A stretch of 64,000 nucleotides of DNA from Parachlamydiales bacterium (GTDB lineage: Bacteria; Chlamydiota; Chlamydiia; Chlamydiales; JAJFMK01), in contig OY969899.1 of the NCBI GenBank assembly GCA_963704365.1, forward strand, positions 88,121-152,120. Direction: 5' to 3'. Each line of letters opens with the position of its first letter. Position 1 is the first letter of the stretch. The notes beneath the pieces are model-generated. The model was given only the letters and a program-made list of their open reading frames with translations, had not been told where the DNA came from and made no database searches. The translations under genes were made by a program, and so were the position numbers. Positions 35,233-44,831 of this stretch are shown one piece after another.

Positions 35233-36168
35233 ATGGCAAGTTCGAGTCAGCCACCTTCAAATAGTAACGTTTCTGCTACCAATGTCGTCTTAGCTGTGTC
35301 AACTTCAGGTGGCCAACGTTGGCATCCAGTTGCGCCGAGGACGGCGGCAGTCGCGGCTGTTGTTTTTGGAGCACTTGCTCAACTAGAGTTTGTACGAAAT
35401 AAATTATCTTTTTTTGCCCGGTCCTGTCTGAACTTAGCCATTCTCTCTTCTTTGGCTATAGCTGTTTATTACACAATCATAGGGAGTCAGCAAAAAGAGG
35501 AGGCAAAAACCCCCGACGCTAATCCAGATACAGTTGAAAACAAACCACTACCTCCATCTCAAACTGCGACAACTTTCGCAGATCGACATAAACATCAATT
35601 AACCTTAGATCTCGAACAATTTATCCATGAAGAAGTTTATCCGGTTGGAGTGGTTAATTGTCTTTTAACAGATGTCGATGACCTACAAATAGCCCTTGAT
35701 TTTCTTAAGCAACGCTCCAAAAAAAAACTATTGAACAAAGTTCTTATCTTCGGTTCTAGCCTTACAGAGACCCTCTTTGACACCGCAGTGGCAGTTGCCG
35801 CTCCGGCAATCGTACAGTTATTGATCGATGATGGCTTTTCCGTTACTGCAAAAGCCTTTCATTTGCTTTGTCAACGAACAGATGTTTCCGCAAAAAAATC
35901 TATATTCGGTCTATTTGCGCGAGCTCCAAACCTTAAATTCGAACTAACTAAGTTTAAAGCAACCATTTATCTGGAATTAAGTGAAGAAGATCAAAACGAC
36001 AAAACAGTATTTAGAAATCTATTTTGGGAGGAGTCCGAAGAAAACACTCTTAATGAAACATGGAGTTATTTTGAGATAGAAATAAAAAAAGAGTCTGATC
36101 CTGATAAACAAGATAAGCTTAAAAAGGCTCTCCAAAATTTTTTGGCAATGAGCAAAAAGATGTTCTAA
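35233..36168 (+). CDS. Inc-like membrane protein candidate (bilobed hydrophobic segment)
   Basis: AAGGGGA lies before the ATG at 35233. There are two adjacent hydrophobic stretches (AAVAAVVFGALAQL ... CLNLAILSSLAIAVYYTIIG) near the N-terminus, followed by a soluble C-terminal domain. Confidence 0.5.
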   Translation: MASSSQPPSNSNVSATNVVLAVSTSGGQRWHPVAPRTAAVAAVVFGALAQLEFVRNKLSFFARSCLNLAILSSLAIAVYYTIIGSQQKEEAKTPDANPDTVENKPLPPSQTATTFADRHKHQLTLDLEQFIHEEVYPVGVVNCLLTDVDDLQIALDFLKQRSKKKLLNKVLIFGSSLTETLFDTAVAVAAPAIVQLLIDDGFSVTAKAFHLLCQRTDVSAKKSIFGLFARAPNLKFELTKFKATIYLELSEEDQNDKTVFRNLFWEESEENTLNETWSYFEIEIKKESDPDKQDKLKKALQNFLAMSKKMF

Positions 36169-36394
36169 TCCTGGGTCAGGCCGCTCTTTCCCGAACCCAT
36201 CCTGAACCCCGGCGGGGGGCCCCTTAGACATTTCTTCGGAATAAACAGGGCCGGCCTTTTCACTAGCTAAATGTCTGTTTGGTCCTAGCTCGCCAGAAGC
36301 GCATATAGTGGACGAACTTCTTCAAAAGGCCGAAAAGGCTGTAGGATGGCAAGAGTCCATTTTCACCATCCTCTAAAGGTCTAAAGGACCGAAT

Positions 36395-36868
36395 AAAAGA
36401 AAGCCCTTCACTCGCGTTAGCGTAAGGAAGGGCTTCCTAGACTTACCCTATCTCCAGATGGATTGAAGGAGCGATTGAAGCTCTTGGAGTATAGAGTTGA
36501 TTAAGTTAGATTGTTAGTTTGAAGCCTCATTGGATTGGCTAATAGTCGTTGTTTGGTTTTTCTCTTGGTTATTGACTTCTGTATTGAAAGAGGTGATATT
36601 AGAAATCTGGCTTTCATATGAGGACTGCACTTGTAATTCTGTTGAAGTCAAACAGGTTGAAATATTTACCCCCCTGGAATGTTAGCTCCAATCAAGTCAT
36701 CTGGAATACCCGCAATCTCAGTTGTATAGGCACTTTCTAACTTTACAAGAACGTTATCATATTGTGCTTGTGCAGCTGTTAGTTTTTGAATATCCCCTAA
36801 GACATTGATAAGAAGACTATAAAGCTCGAATATAACCTTTACTTCACTGAAATTAGCCTGTAAAAGAG
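36395..36868 (-). pseudogene. Inverted, decaying copy of the 3' end plus terminator of the gene at 29103..31169
   Basis: It is the reverse complement of 30724-31222. Differences from the original: scattered substitutions, a 24-bp deletion bounded by the direct repeat attagaaat, and a 1-nt difference in a homopolymer (G7 at 30917-30923 vs C6 at 36669-36674). Confidence 0.9.
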
Positions 36869-37095
36869 ATTAAAGCCTCTTTAAAAGAACGGAGTCAACT
36901 AGTAGATCAACTTCAGAAAGAATTTGTTAAAGGTTTTTCAACACCGATTTCCACTGAGGAGTTAGATGTAGTCGAATTTTTAGCGGATCCAGATGAGGAA
37001 ACAATCACCAACAGTGAGCTAGAAGAGCTTCTATTCATCCTCAGAAAGTTAGACGAAGCAAATTGAGCAATAATAGTGAAAGGGCCTGAGCCTAT
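36869..37095 (+). repeat. Inverted copy of the 3' end (last ~66 codons plus 30 nt) of the gene at 40925..41926
   Basis: It is the reverse complement of 40896-41129 with several substitutions. It reads IKASLKERSQLVDQLQKEFVKGFSTPISTEELDVVEFLADPDEETITNSELEELLFILRKLDEAN*, against ...IEATLKERSQ...LDEAI* in the intact gene. Confidence 0.9.
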
Positions 37096-40000
37096 GGGAC
37101 ACGCCAAGCCGGAAGCTTGACTTTTGCCCCTAAGTGTATATTGAGACGTGTTTCTGCCTCTGCAATTTTTGTCATCGCCTCTTGGAAAGAGAGGACGTCG
37201 TCGGATTTGGATTGTTTCACGTATGCTTGCAAAGCCTTTGTTGCAAGGTCTTTTTCAGTTTCTTTTACATCAGCGTAAGCTCGGTAGAGGAAAAACAGAA
37301 GCGCATCATAGTTCCCTGGGAAATTTCTGATATTCGCTCCCAAGTTACGCATTTCATATTCGAAGGTTCTAACTTGAGATTCATTGGCTTCTAGGCGTCC
37401 TTTTAGTTGTTCATCCATCACTTCTGGTTGGAGACCGCTGTCCACCCTCATTCTATTAGCTACATGTGACAAAATATCTTTCATATCCGATCTTCCTAGA
37501 TCGGTCTTCGAGGTTGTAGGTGTCTCCGCAATAGCTAATACGGGATCTGCAACGAACCTGGCGGCATGAGGGTAGAGCTCAGCATTATCTAGGAGAAGCT
37601 CTTTCGCGCCTTCAGAACCCATCAGGGCTATAGCTACAATCCCTTGTAACTCTTCGGATGTCCAGGAGGCAGCCTCTTTTTTTCCCATCACCTCAATAAA
37701 AACATTTCTTGCGTTTGCAAGAGGCCCCAAAGCCTCTGCTGATGAAAGAACTTCGGTTTCCCCGATATCAATCAGCTGGAGAAGATAATAGGCCCCAATT
37801 TTAGGATTCTCCCTACAACGTCCAACGGCATTTTGGAAAGGATCTTCAAAAGAGCCTTTTCTTTGAGGATTTGTTACCTCTCCGATCGCTTTTTCGATAA
37901 AATATCGATCATCCAGGGTAGTTTGTTCTAAAAGCCCCTCTACCTTCTTCTCGATTTCTAGAAGATCTTTGTCTATGTCTAAATTGTACTTGCCGAATTG
38001 ATCCCTTCTGTTCTTCAAATAAGCCGCAGCGGCACGTAGGGCATGATAACTGTCTCCTATGACTTTCGCGGATGGATTAGGACCTAAGAGTTCTTCAATA
38101 GTGTCTTGCATCTCCTTTGGAAGTAGATAATTCCCGTTTAGATATCCTGGCTTGAAGAGGATGGCAAAGGTCATCAAGTGTTGAATGTCCATATCGGTCA
38201 GGGGTTTTTCGTTAACTGCCTTTTTTCTCAAAAGCTCGAAAATCCTCTTGGCAGCCTCCCGAACACCTCCTACAACGAATTGATGGCTTAAAGATTGCAA
38301 GCTCCGGTCAGAAAAATCGGGATTCCTTAAATCATGGCCAAATAGCCAGCCTAATAACTCGTTCCCTTCCATTTTCATTGCAGCAAGGAGCTCTCTTGTC
38401 ATCCCTTTTAAAGAGGTTGAACGACCCTCATCTATTTCTTGAGCCGTATCTATCATCTTTTTTAAACAATTATCAGCAAAAGTTTTGAAATCAGGTGGGG
38501 AAGAAAACCCCCTCTTTTTTGAGCTGTTCATAAGGTCTAAGACCTTCAAATAGGCTGTTCGATAAATCTCTATTTTTAGCTCCGTTGCTCTGGTCAACCT
38601 TTCTCTTTGGGGTTTGTTACTGGTATAACCAAAAGCACGCAAGAAGGGGGCAAAACTTGCAAAGCGAGAAACATCTCGATTTTCTGCACTTCTGATCGCA
38701 ATATCTGCTTTAACGATGAGCTCGTCTAACGTATGCATTGGATCATTTGGTTTTCCTAACCATGTGGCCTCATCCAAAGCACGGCGAGCCAACACCATTT
38801 GCCCATCATAGCTATCTTGTGCTGCACTTGATTTAGCCCACTTATCAATGCTGCCCAGCATTTCTTTTGAAGATTCGCTAAATTTTTCCCTTAGCTCTTC
38901 CAAAATGGTAGAAGGAGGAGTGCCTTCATATAAACTTTCTTGAATCGATTTTCCGCTCTCTAACTTATCATCTGGGAAATTCAAAAATGTTTGAACAGCT
39001 TCTGCCATAGCAACATTTTTAACTAAGAAATTATAGTGCTCGTAGAGAGCTTGAGCGTAAATTCCTTGATAGAATGGACTTCTTAAGTTTTGACTGATTC
39101 TCCTTACTATCTCGGTAAATTTACGGTTTGTTCGATCAATATGATTGAGATAACTTTTCAAATCATTTTCAAAATCGGCATCCTCCTTGCCTATCCGTTC
39201 TAATAAGCTGTCTTGCTCGCGGTTAATAAAACTGACCCTTTGACCAAGGCGGCTAAAAGAACTTAACCGAACGGTTTCCATTAAATCGGCTTTCTTTTCA
39301 AGCCAAGAAGGGTTTGTTTTAGGGATAATTGCCCTCAAAATTTTACTGCACAAAAGATTCAAACAGAAAGCAGTAAAACTTGGATCAGGAAGACCGCTTC
39401 TATCGATCCAATCTTGTCTATCTGCGTTTGCAACAATGTCCCCAAATTCTTTCTTCAAATCAAGTTGAGGCTCTGTTTTCGCCCTTTCAATTAAATCACC
39501 GATCTCTTCTTGCGCCCATCTTGTAGATAGAAATGCTTTTTCTTGGGGTGTTAAATTCTGTATGGTCGATCCTCTGTCTTTCAAATAAAAAGCTAAGAGG
39601 TCTAGTAAGACTTTTCTATCATGAACCGCAAATCTCATTGCTTCATCACACATTTTGTCAAACGCACTTGTTAATGCAGACCTATGCTCAAAGGCTTCAG
39701 CTATTAAAACCCCCTCGCTGATCTTTGTTTCTCTTTTGATGATCGGAGCGAGCTTTTCGATGGTTTTTGCAGCGCTCTGAACTGTTTTTTGGCTAACCCC
39801 TTCTTTTAAGGCTGATTCGATTTTGTCTTCAAATTCGTCTGTAAATTCTCTACAGATATCTTTGAAAACAAAGATATCTTTCACTAAAAATTTGGCTCTT
39901 AGAGGCATCAACAAAGAGAGCACCACCTCTTCGACCCTTGGATCGCTCAACTTTGGATCTTTTCTCATTTCGGCTAAAAGGTAATCAAAAAACTTTTCCC

Positions 40001-40388
40001 TATCGAATAGGCCAACAGGGGTATTGGCTAGCTCTCCTTGATATTTTAAATCTTTACGTATGGCTTCGCCGGCATTTGATAAAGCACCCTGAAAAGTCGC
40101 TTTTGCCTCTTCGACACTGAACACTTGCCTTGTTACATCTGTGCCTATCCCTAATCTCTTCAATAAAAAAATGGTGTGACTTGTTTCAAGGATAAGATCC
40201 GCTTCTTTACCCTCTGAGCTTATCCCTTTTGCCTCTACAAATTTTGCAATTTTTTCCATTGCATCCCGTTCACCAGGATACAAACGTTTTAGAGACGCTT
40301 TTTCCCCTTTACCAGCTGCATGCTTCTGCCAAGCTTCATAAATCCCTATTGCTTGGTCTAAATCAATATGAATAGAATCAGAAGACAT
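37092..40388 (-). CDS. Large all-helical hypothetical protein, paralog C (1098 aa); candidate T3SS substrate
   Basis: It shares N-terminal and central motifs with paralogs A and B (TNRKFTEIVRRISQNLRSPFYQGIYAQALYEHYNFLVKNVA). Its stop codon (37092-37094) lies inside the inverted-repeat copy. Confidence 0.8.
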   Translation of the reverse strand: MSSDSIHIDLDQAIGIYEAWQKHAAGKGEKASLKRLYPGERDAMEKIAKFVEAKGISSEGKEADLILETSHTIFLLKRLGIGTDVTRQVFSVEEAKATFQGALSNAGEAIRKDLKYQGELANTPVGLFDREKFFDYLLAEMRKDPKLSDPRVEEVVLSLLMPLRAKFLVKDIFVFKDICREFTDEFEDKIESALKEGVSQKTVQSAAKTIEKLAPIIKRETKISEGVLIAEAFEHRSALTSAFDKMCDEAMRFAVHDRKVLLDLLAFYLKDRGSTIQNLTPQEKAFLSTRWAQEEIGDLIERAKTEPQLDLKKEFGDIVANADRQDWIDRSGLPDPSFTAFCLNLLCSKILRAIIPKTNPSWLEKKADLMETVRLSSFSRLGQRVSFINREQDSLLERIGKEDADFENDLKSYLNHIDRTNRKFTEIVRRISQNLRSPFYQGIYAQALYEHYNFLVKNVAMAEAVQTFLNFPDDKLESGKSIQESLYEGTPPSTILEELREKFSESSKEMLGSIDKWAKSSAAQDSYDGQMVLARRALDEATWLGKPNDPMHTLDELIVKADIAIRSAENRDVSRFASFAPFLRAFGYTSNKPQRERLTRATELKIEIYRTAYLKVLDLMNSSKKRGFSSPPDFKTFADNCLKKMIDTAQEIDEGRSTSLKGMTRELLAAMKMEGNELLGWLFGHDLRNPDFSDRSLQSLSHQFVVGGVREAAKRIFELLRKKAVNEKPLTDMDIQHLMTFAILFKPGYLNGNYLLPKEMQDTIEELLGPNPSAKVIGDSYHALRAAAAYLKNRRDQFGKYNLDIDKDLLEIEKKVEGLLEQTTLDDRYFIEKAIGEVTNPQRKGSFEDPFQNAVGRCRENPKIGAYYLLQLIDIGETEVLSSAEALGPLANARNVFIEVMGKKEAASWTSEELQGIVAIALMGSEGAKELLLDNAELYPHAARFVADPVLAIAETPTTSKTDLGRSDMKDILSHVANRMRVDSGLQPEVMDEQLKGRLEANESQVRTFEYEMRNLGANIRNFPGNYDALLFFLYRAYADVKETEKDLATKALQAYVKQSKSDDVLSFQEAMTKIAEAETRLNIHLGAKVKLPAWRVP

Positions 40389-40924
40389 GAAGTACCTCTC
40401 TCACTCAAATCCATTTAATCAACCATTGTTTAAATCAATATGAAGATGATATGAATGCCGGATGTGCAGAATTCATCTCGAATTCGCGCTAATAGCTATG
40501 GCATAGAACTTAACCAAAGACATAAAATCTCCTAACCTCTAGGTGTTTAACATCTATTTAAAAAAATAATTAAAACTATAACTACATTGATAACATTTTT
40601 AATTACTGTTTTTTAATATAATATTTAAACAATGGGATTACAGACCAAAGAGAGAGGAGAAAATGATGAGCCACATCCCACCATCGTCGACCCCAGTTTC
40701 GCCAGAATTGACAAGATTTTTAAACAATCCGGCCAGTTACCTTCAGGAGTCAACCCCACCTTCTACTTCTCTAGAGACGCGAGTTGGACAATTAATTAAT
40801 GAATGCAGAAATTAAAAAAATCAAGTCGAGTTCCCTTACAGCTTTTTAAATCAGATCCAACAGCTTTCTTTAGATCAACAAAAACATCTATTTGAATAGG
40901 CTCGGGCCCTTTCACTATTTTTGC

Positions 40925-41926
40925 TTAAATTGCTTCGTCTAACTTTCTGAGGATGAATAGAAGCTCTTCTAGCTCACTGTTGGTGATTGTTTCCTCATCT
41001 GGATCCGCTAAAAATTCGACTACATCTAACTCCTCAGTGGAAATCGGTGTTGAAAAACCTTTAACAAATTCTTTCTGAAGTTGATCTACTAGTTGACTCC
41101 GTTCTTTTAAAGTGGCTTCAATCTCTTTTTGGCCAAAGTTTCTTTCTTGCAATGAGGGAATTAGATCGATCACTTTTATGATCTCACTTAATTCGACGAC
41201 CCATTTCCCTTGCTGATCAATTTTCTCTTTTATCGTTTCTTTTAATTTCACCCTTTCGGTTCCAAAAGTAGTTTTCAGATCCTCAATGTCTTTCTGTATT
41301 TCAATAAAAAGATCTTTGCTTTTTGAATCAATGCTGTGCAGTTGAGTTACAAAAAAGTTTGGATTTTCCGGGATTTTTAGAGCTTCTATCTGTTTACTTC
41401 TTGCATCTAGAAAAAGGATGATCTTTGGAAGGTCAAAACTTTGGGTCTGCAGAGATGGCATTTGCCTTAAGGTATCGTTGTCGGCAAGTTCACATATCTC
41501 GTCGATCGTTTGCCTCATCTGTTCTATCAAATAGATTTGATCCCACAAGCCTTCTTCCGTATACCCTTTAGCTAGAAGAGCGGAGTGAAATTGCTGCAGT
41601 TTTTTGATGGCTTGATCCAATTGGCTTGAAGTGAAGATAAAATGGAATTTTTCGACCACTTTAACGATCGAATCGACAAGCTTCTGACACTCTTTTGGGT
41701 TTTCTTTCTGGGCATTCTCAAGAGACTTGTGCAGTTGACTTAACCTTTTCGCACTTTTTCCCTCGTTTGATGCCACCATGCTCAAGGCTTTTGCCACTGC
41801 CCACTTTGTCTTCTCTGAGAGATGGCTAAATTTAGCCGGCGACATCACCTGAGAGGCTACCCCTAGCAGCTCTTGTTTGAGGGTGAAAAATGGTCCCTCG
41901 GGCTCTTTAGAAAAATGAATGTTCAT
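40925..41926 (-). CDS. Hypothetical coiled-coil protein downstream of an LcrH-type chaperone; candidate chaperoned T3S substrate
   Basis: A 333-aa helical, K/E-rich protein with no strongly hydrophobic segment. It has the same orientation as the chaperone gene at 42128..42658. Confidence 0.6.
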   Translation of the reverse strand: MNIHFSKEPEGPFFTLKQELLGVASQVMSPAKFSHLSEKTKWAVAKALSMVASNEGKSAKRLSQLHKSLENAQKENPKECQKLVDSIVKVVEKFHFIFTSSQLDQAIKKLQQFHSALLAKGYTEEGLWDQIYLIEQMRQTIDEICELADNDTLRQMPSLQTQSFDLPKIILFLDARSKQIEALKIPENPNFFVTQLHSIDSKSKDLFIEIQKDIEDLKTTFGTERVKLKETIKEKIDQQGKWVVELSEIIKVIDLIPSLQERNFGQKEIEATLKERSQLVDQLQKEFVKGFSTPISTEELDVVEFLADPDEETITNSELEELLFILRKLDEAI

Positions 41927-42127
41927 ATCCTTACTATTTCAGGAATATGTAAATATTGTATTTGGATGTAATGCCCTTGCTATAAGTATTTTATGAAAGA
42001 ATCCTAGCATGCTTATTGGGGTCAAAATCCAGGCCCGATTGTTTTCTCGATCAAGCCGAAGAAGTATTGCATGGGCTTTACCACGGTTTGAGAGGGCCAG
42101 AACCGTTTGTAATTGTACAAAGTCAAG

Positions 42128-42658
42128 TTAAGTGCTTGGATGTTCTTTTTCTAGCTTTTCAAGGGTGAGGCGGGCTCTATCCACGATGACATGGTACTTG
42201 GGGTTGCTTATCCCCCTCTCTATGACTTGGCGCAAAGAGGCCTTGGCATTCTCAAAATTGCCCAGGTTAATATCGCAATCTGACTTATAGTAAGCCGCCA
42301 TAGGGTCTTCTGGATCAATAAAAGTGGCTAGGTAGTAAGACCTTGCTGCGTAGTCATAGTTTTTCTCTTGGTGAAAGCAAGCGGCGACTCCCAGGTAAAA
42401 CCTGAGATCTGTAGGACAAAGAACAGTTAATAGCCGAAATAAATGGTTGGCCCTCTGGTATTTGGCCGATTGATAAAGGAAATAGGCATGGGAATAAATC
42501 ATCTCGATAAACTCATCTGAGAAGTTCAGAATTTCCTTTAAAGGTTTACCGCTGTCGAAGAATTCACGAGCATATTTCTTGAGCCTATCAGCTTGAGCAT
42601 CAATAATGTCCTCTTGTTTACTAACAGCTTCTTCGATAATTGCGTCTAGTTCGTCCAT
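42128..42658 (-). CDS. lcrH: Class II T3SS translocator chaperone, LcrH/SycD/CesD family (TPR)
   Basis: IYSHAYFLYQSAKYQRANHLFRLLTVLCPTDLRFYLGVAACFHQEKNYDYAARSYYLATFIDPEDPMAAYYKSDCDINLGNFENAKASL matches the three-TPR SycD/LcrH pattern. Confidence 0.8.
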   Translation of the reverse strand: MDELDAIIEEAVSKQEDIIDAQADRLKKYAREFFDSGKPLKEILNFSDEFIEMIYSHAYFLYQSAKYQRANHLFRLLTVLCPTDLRFYLGVAACFHQEKNYDYAARSYYLATFIDPEDPMAAYYKSDCDINLGNFENAKASLRQVIERGISNPKYHVIVDRARLTLEKLEKEHPST

Positions 42659-42836
42659 AGTATCGTCCTATTCCTACATATAAAAGAGTTCCTATTTGAT
42701 TTTTATAAAGACCCATATGTGAAAATTAACAAAATTTAAGAACTATTTATTAGATAAATTTGCAAATTAAGCGTTTAATAGAATTGTAAGGGTGTCTAAT
42801 TACCTATTTCCATGTTTGTGGAGAGGGAAGGATTTT

Positions 42837-44255
42837 ATGTCGATGATCAATGCCTCTGGAAACCCACCGGGTCTACAGCGGAACGATCTAACTCAGCAGC
42901 AGACAACAGCAACCGAGCAAGTTGCTAGACAAGGGGTGATGTTGGTTAAAGATACTCTTGAATTTCCAATGACTCAAATGGGTGGAAATCTTTGGAAATA
43001 TAAAACTGACTCCGACAGACCTATGATACCCATGTATCTCCAAGTCGCTTTAGGGAAAAAAGACAAAGAGCCTCCTCAATGGGAAAAGATATTTGAAAAT
43101 TTGAAAAATGGCCTTCCAGACGGTCTTAAAAAGGCAATGGATCGTCCAGAGGCAATAAATGACCCAAGGATTCGAGGGTTAATCATTAGTTTACAGCGTT
43201 TTGCAAAGACGTTAGATGTCATCCGTTCTCTCCCAAATACCATTTCAGAAGAAGAGCAGATGAGGCGGGAAAAGGAGATTGCAGGTCAAGATTTAGGTTT
43301 TTTAGAGCAAATCATCCGTTCTGCCGAAAAAGCCCTTCTTATTTTACCTCCAGGGGAAGAGCGGCAAGGATTATCTTTCTTGATTGATAGGGTCAAAATT
43401 TTGATTCCGATCATCATTTCAAAAAGAAGACGATCTGAGGACACTGCCGAGATTATTGTTGAGGTTGAGCGGGTTAGAAAAGATATCCTCCGAGATTTTG
43501 GAGAAAAAACACCTCCGATTTTCCTAGCTATTCTGGATGCATTGGAAAGCTTACACCACCTCAGTTATCCAGGGGAAAACCACCTCTTTTTACATACTTT
43601 ACTCCGGTTTGAGGAGTTGTTTGGAAGGGGACCTAGCTCTGTGATAGGTGCCACCTACCGCCTGATAGCAGAGGCCCTTCTGCCTCCTACCGGTCGTCCA
43701 TTCTTGAAAGAGCAAAGAACCCTCCTTTCCCTTCTCTTAGCGCTAAGTTTCACTACGCTCACTTTTGGGGTTAAAAGGGGAGAAGTGGCAGACACCCTAT
43801 CACTTGCCCTCTTCCTGTCGGAAAAGGTCCTTCTTGGGGCGGGAACTGCCCTTCTTGAGGGGGTCCACCTCACTATTCCAGTGGCGCGGGCGTTGGGAGA
43901 AGATCTGTTGGCTACATTAGTCGGTTTTCTGTTGGCTGATACCTATCCTGAGGAAGAAGAGGGGGTTATCCATGTGTTAGAGCGCCCTTTTACTCGGCTG
44001 ATGCAGGCAGTCGGAAAAAGACATGCCGGAGAGGAATCTCCCTTTTTACAAAGAGTGCTCTATGCCCTCGAAGGGCACAGAGGTGAAGAGCTTTTTGGGT
44101 TTGCCCGAAGCGGTTTTGAGAAGCTCGGGATCAAAGAGGAGCAATGGACACGTGATTTAAAGGCCCTTCAGGTTTTTTACGAGTTTATTCAACTAGCTTT
44201 TGAAGAAAAAGAAAAAGGGGGGGGTGAGATGGTTCTCATCAACCAGTCGGCTTAG
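42837..44255 (+). CDS. Hypothetical protein upstream of chaperone/translocator pair; possible T3S substrate or minor translocator
   Basis: GAGGGAAGGA lies before the ATG at 42837. The protein has a polar N-terminus and moderately hydrophobic helices in the C-terminal half (LLSLLLALSFTTLTFGV; LSLALFLSEKVLLGAGTALLEGV). The functional call rests on position only. Confidence 0.4.
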   Translation: MSMINASGNPPGLQRNDLTQQQTTATEQVARQGVMLVKDTLEFPMTQMGGNLWKYKTDSDRPMIPMYLQVALGKKDKEPPQWEKIFENLKNGLPDGLKKAMDRPEAINDPRIRGLIISLQRFAKTLDVIRSLPNTISEEEQMRREKEIAGQDLGFLEQIIRSAEKALLILPPGEERQGLSFLIDRVKILIPIIISKRRRSEDTAEIIVEVERVRKDILRDFGEKTPPIFLAILDALESLHHLSYPGENHLFLHTLLRFEELFGRGPSSVIGATYRLIAEALLPPTGRPFLKEQRTLLSLLLALSFTTLTFGVKRGEVADTLSLALFLSEKVLLGAGTALLEGVHLTIPVARALGEDLLATLVGFLLADTYPEEEEGVIHVLERPFTRLMQAVGKRHAGEESPFLQRVLYALEGHRGEELFGFARSGFEKLGIKEEQWTRDLKALQVFYEFIQLAFEEKEKGGGEMVLINQSA

Positions 44256-44264
44256 AGGAAAGAG

Positions 44265-44831
44265 ATGGATCGGAAAGAAAAAGAGATCGCAGACATTTTA
44301 GAAAAAGTGCACAAGCAGAATGAGGCTGAGCTGCAAACAGGGTTCAGAACCATTGCCCAAAATATCATGCGGCATGGGATGAGCCCCAAAGAGGCTTTTG
44401 GTGTTTCAAATGCTAAAACAGAGGCACTCTACGCAGAAGGTTACAAGCTGTACAATGCTGGAAACCTGAAAAGGGCGATCCCTTATTTTGAGCTTCTAAA
44501 CATGATAGATGGGAATGAGCCGAGATTTTTGTTCGGGCTAGCTGCTTGTTTTCAGGGTTTAAAACAGTACAAAGAGGCTTTGTCAAGTTATATGGCCCTT
44601 TCTCGGATAGATTTAGTCTCTCCGTATCCACTTTTTCATGCAGCTGATTGTGCTTTGCATGAGGGCGACCCGCTGACAACGTTGATTTTGATAGATATGG
44701 CCATTGATCGAGCAGGCGATACACCTGCTTTTGCCACATTAAAAGAGCGATCGCTTCTGATTAAGGAAGGGCTAGTAGAAAAATTAAAGGCCAAGGTTGG
44801 AGGTATTAAAGCCAATGAGCAACCCGACTAA
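44265..44831 (+). CDS. lcrH: Class II T3SS translocator chaperone, LcrH/SycD family (Scc2-like)
   Basis: LYAEGYKLYNAGNLKRAIPYFELLNMIDGNEPRFLFGLAACFQGLKQYKEALSSYMALSRIDLVSPYPLFHAADCALHEGDPLTT. It lies immediately upstream of, and overlaps, the translocator gene. Confidence 0.8.
   Translation: MDRKEKEIADILEKVHKQNEAELQTGFRTIAQNIMRHGMSPKEAFGVSNAKTEALYAEGYKLYNAGNLKRAIPYFELLNMIDGNEPRFLFGLAACFQGLKQYKEALSSYMALSRIDLVSPYPLFHAADCALHEGDPLTTLILIDMAIDRAGDTPAFATLKERSLLIKEGLVEKLKAKVGGIKANEQPD

Noticed and set aside
40663-40896. Small ORF MMSHIPPSSTPVSPELTRFLNNPASYLQESTPPSTSLETRVGQLINECRN*KNQVEFPYSFLNQIQQLSLDQQKHLFE* with GAGAGGAG RBS
   Set aside because: It is below the ORF-track threshold, is interrupted by an in-frame TAA and matches no recognised family. 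It may be a gene remnant, but I cannot support it as a feature.
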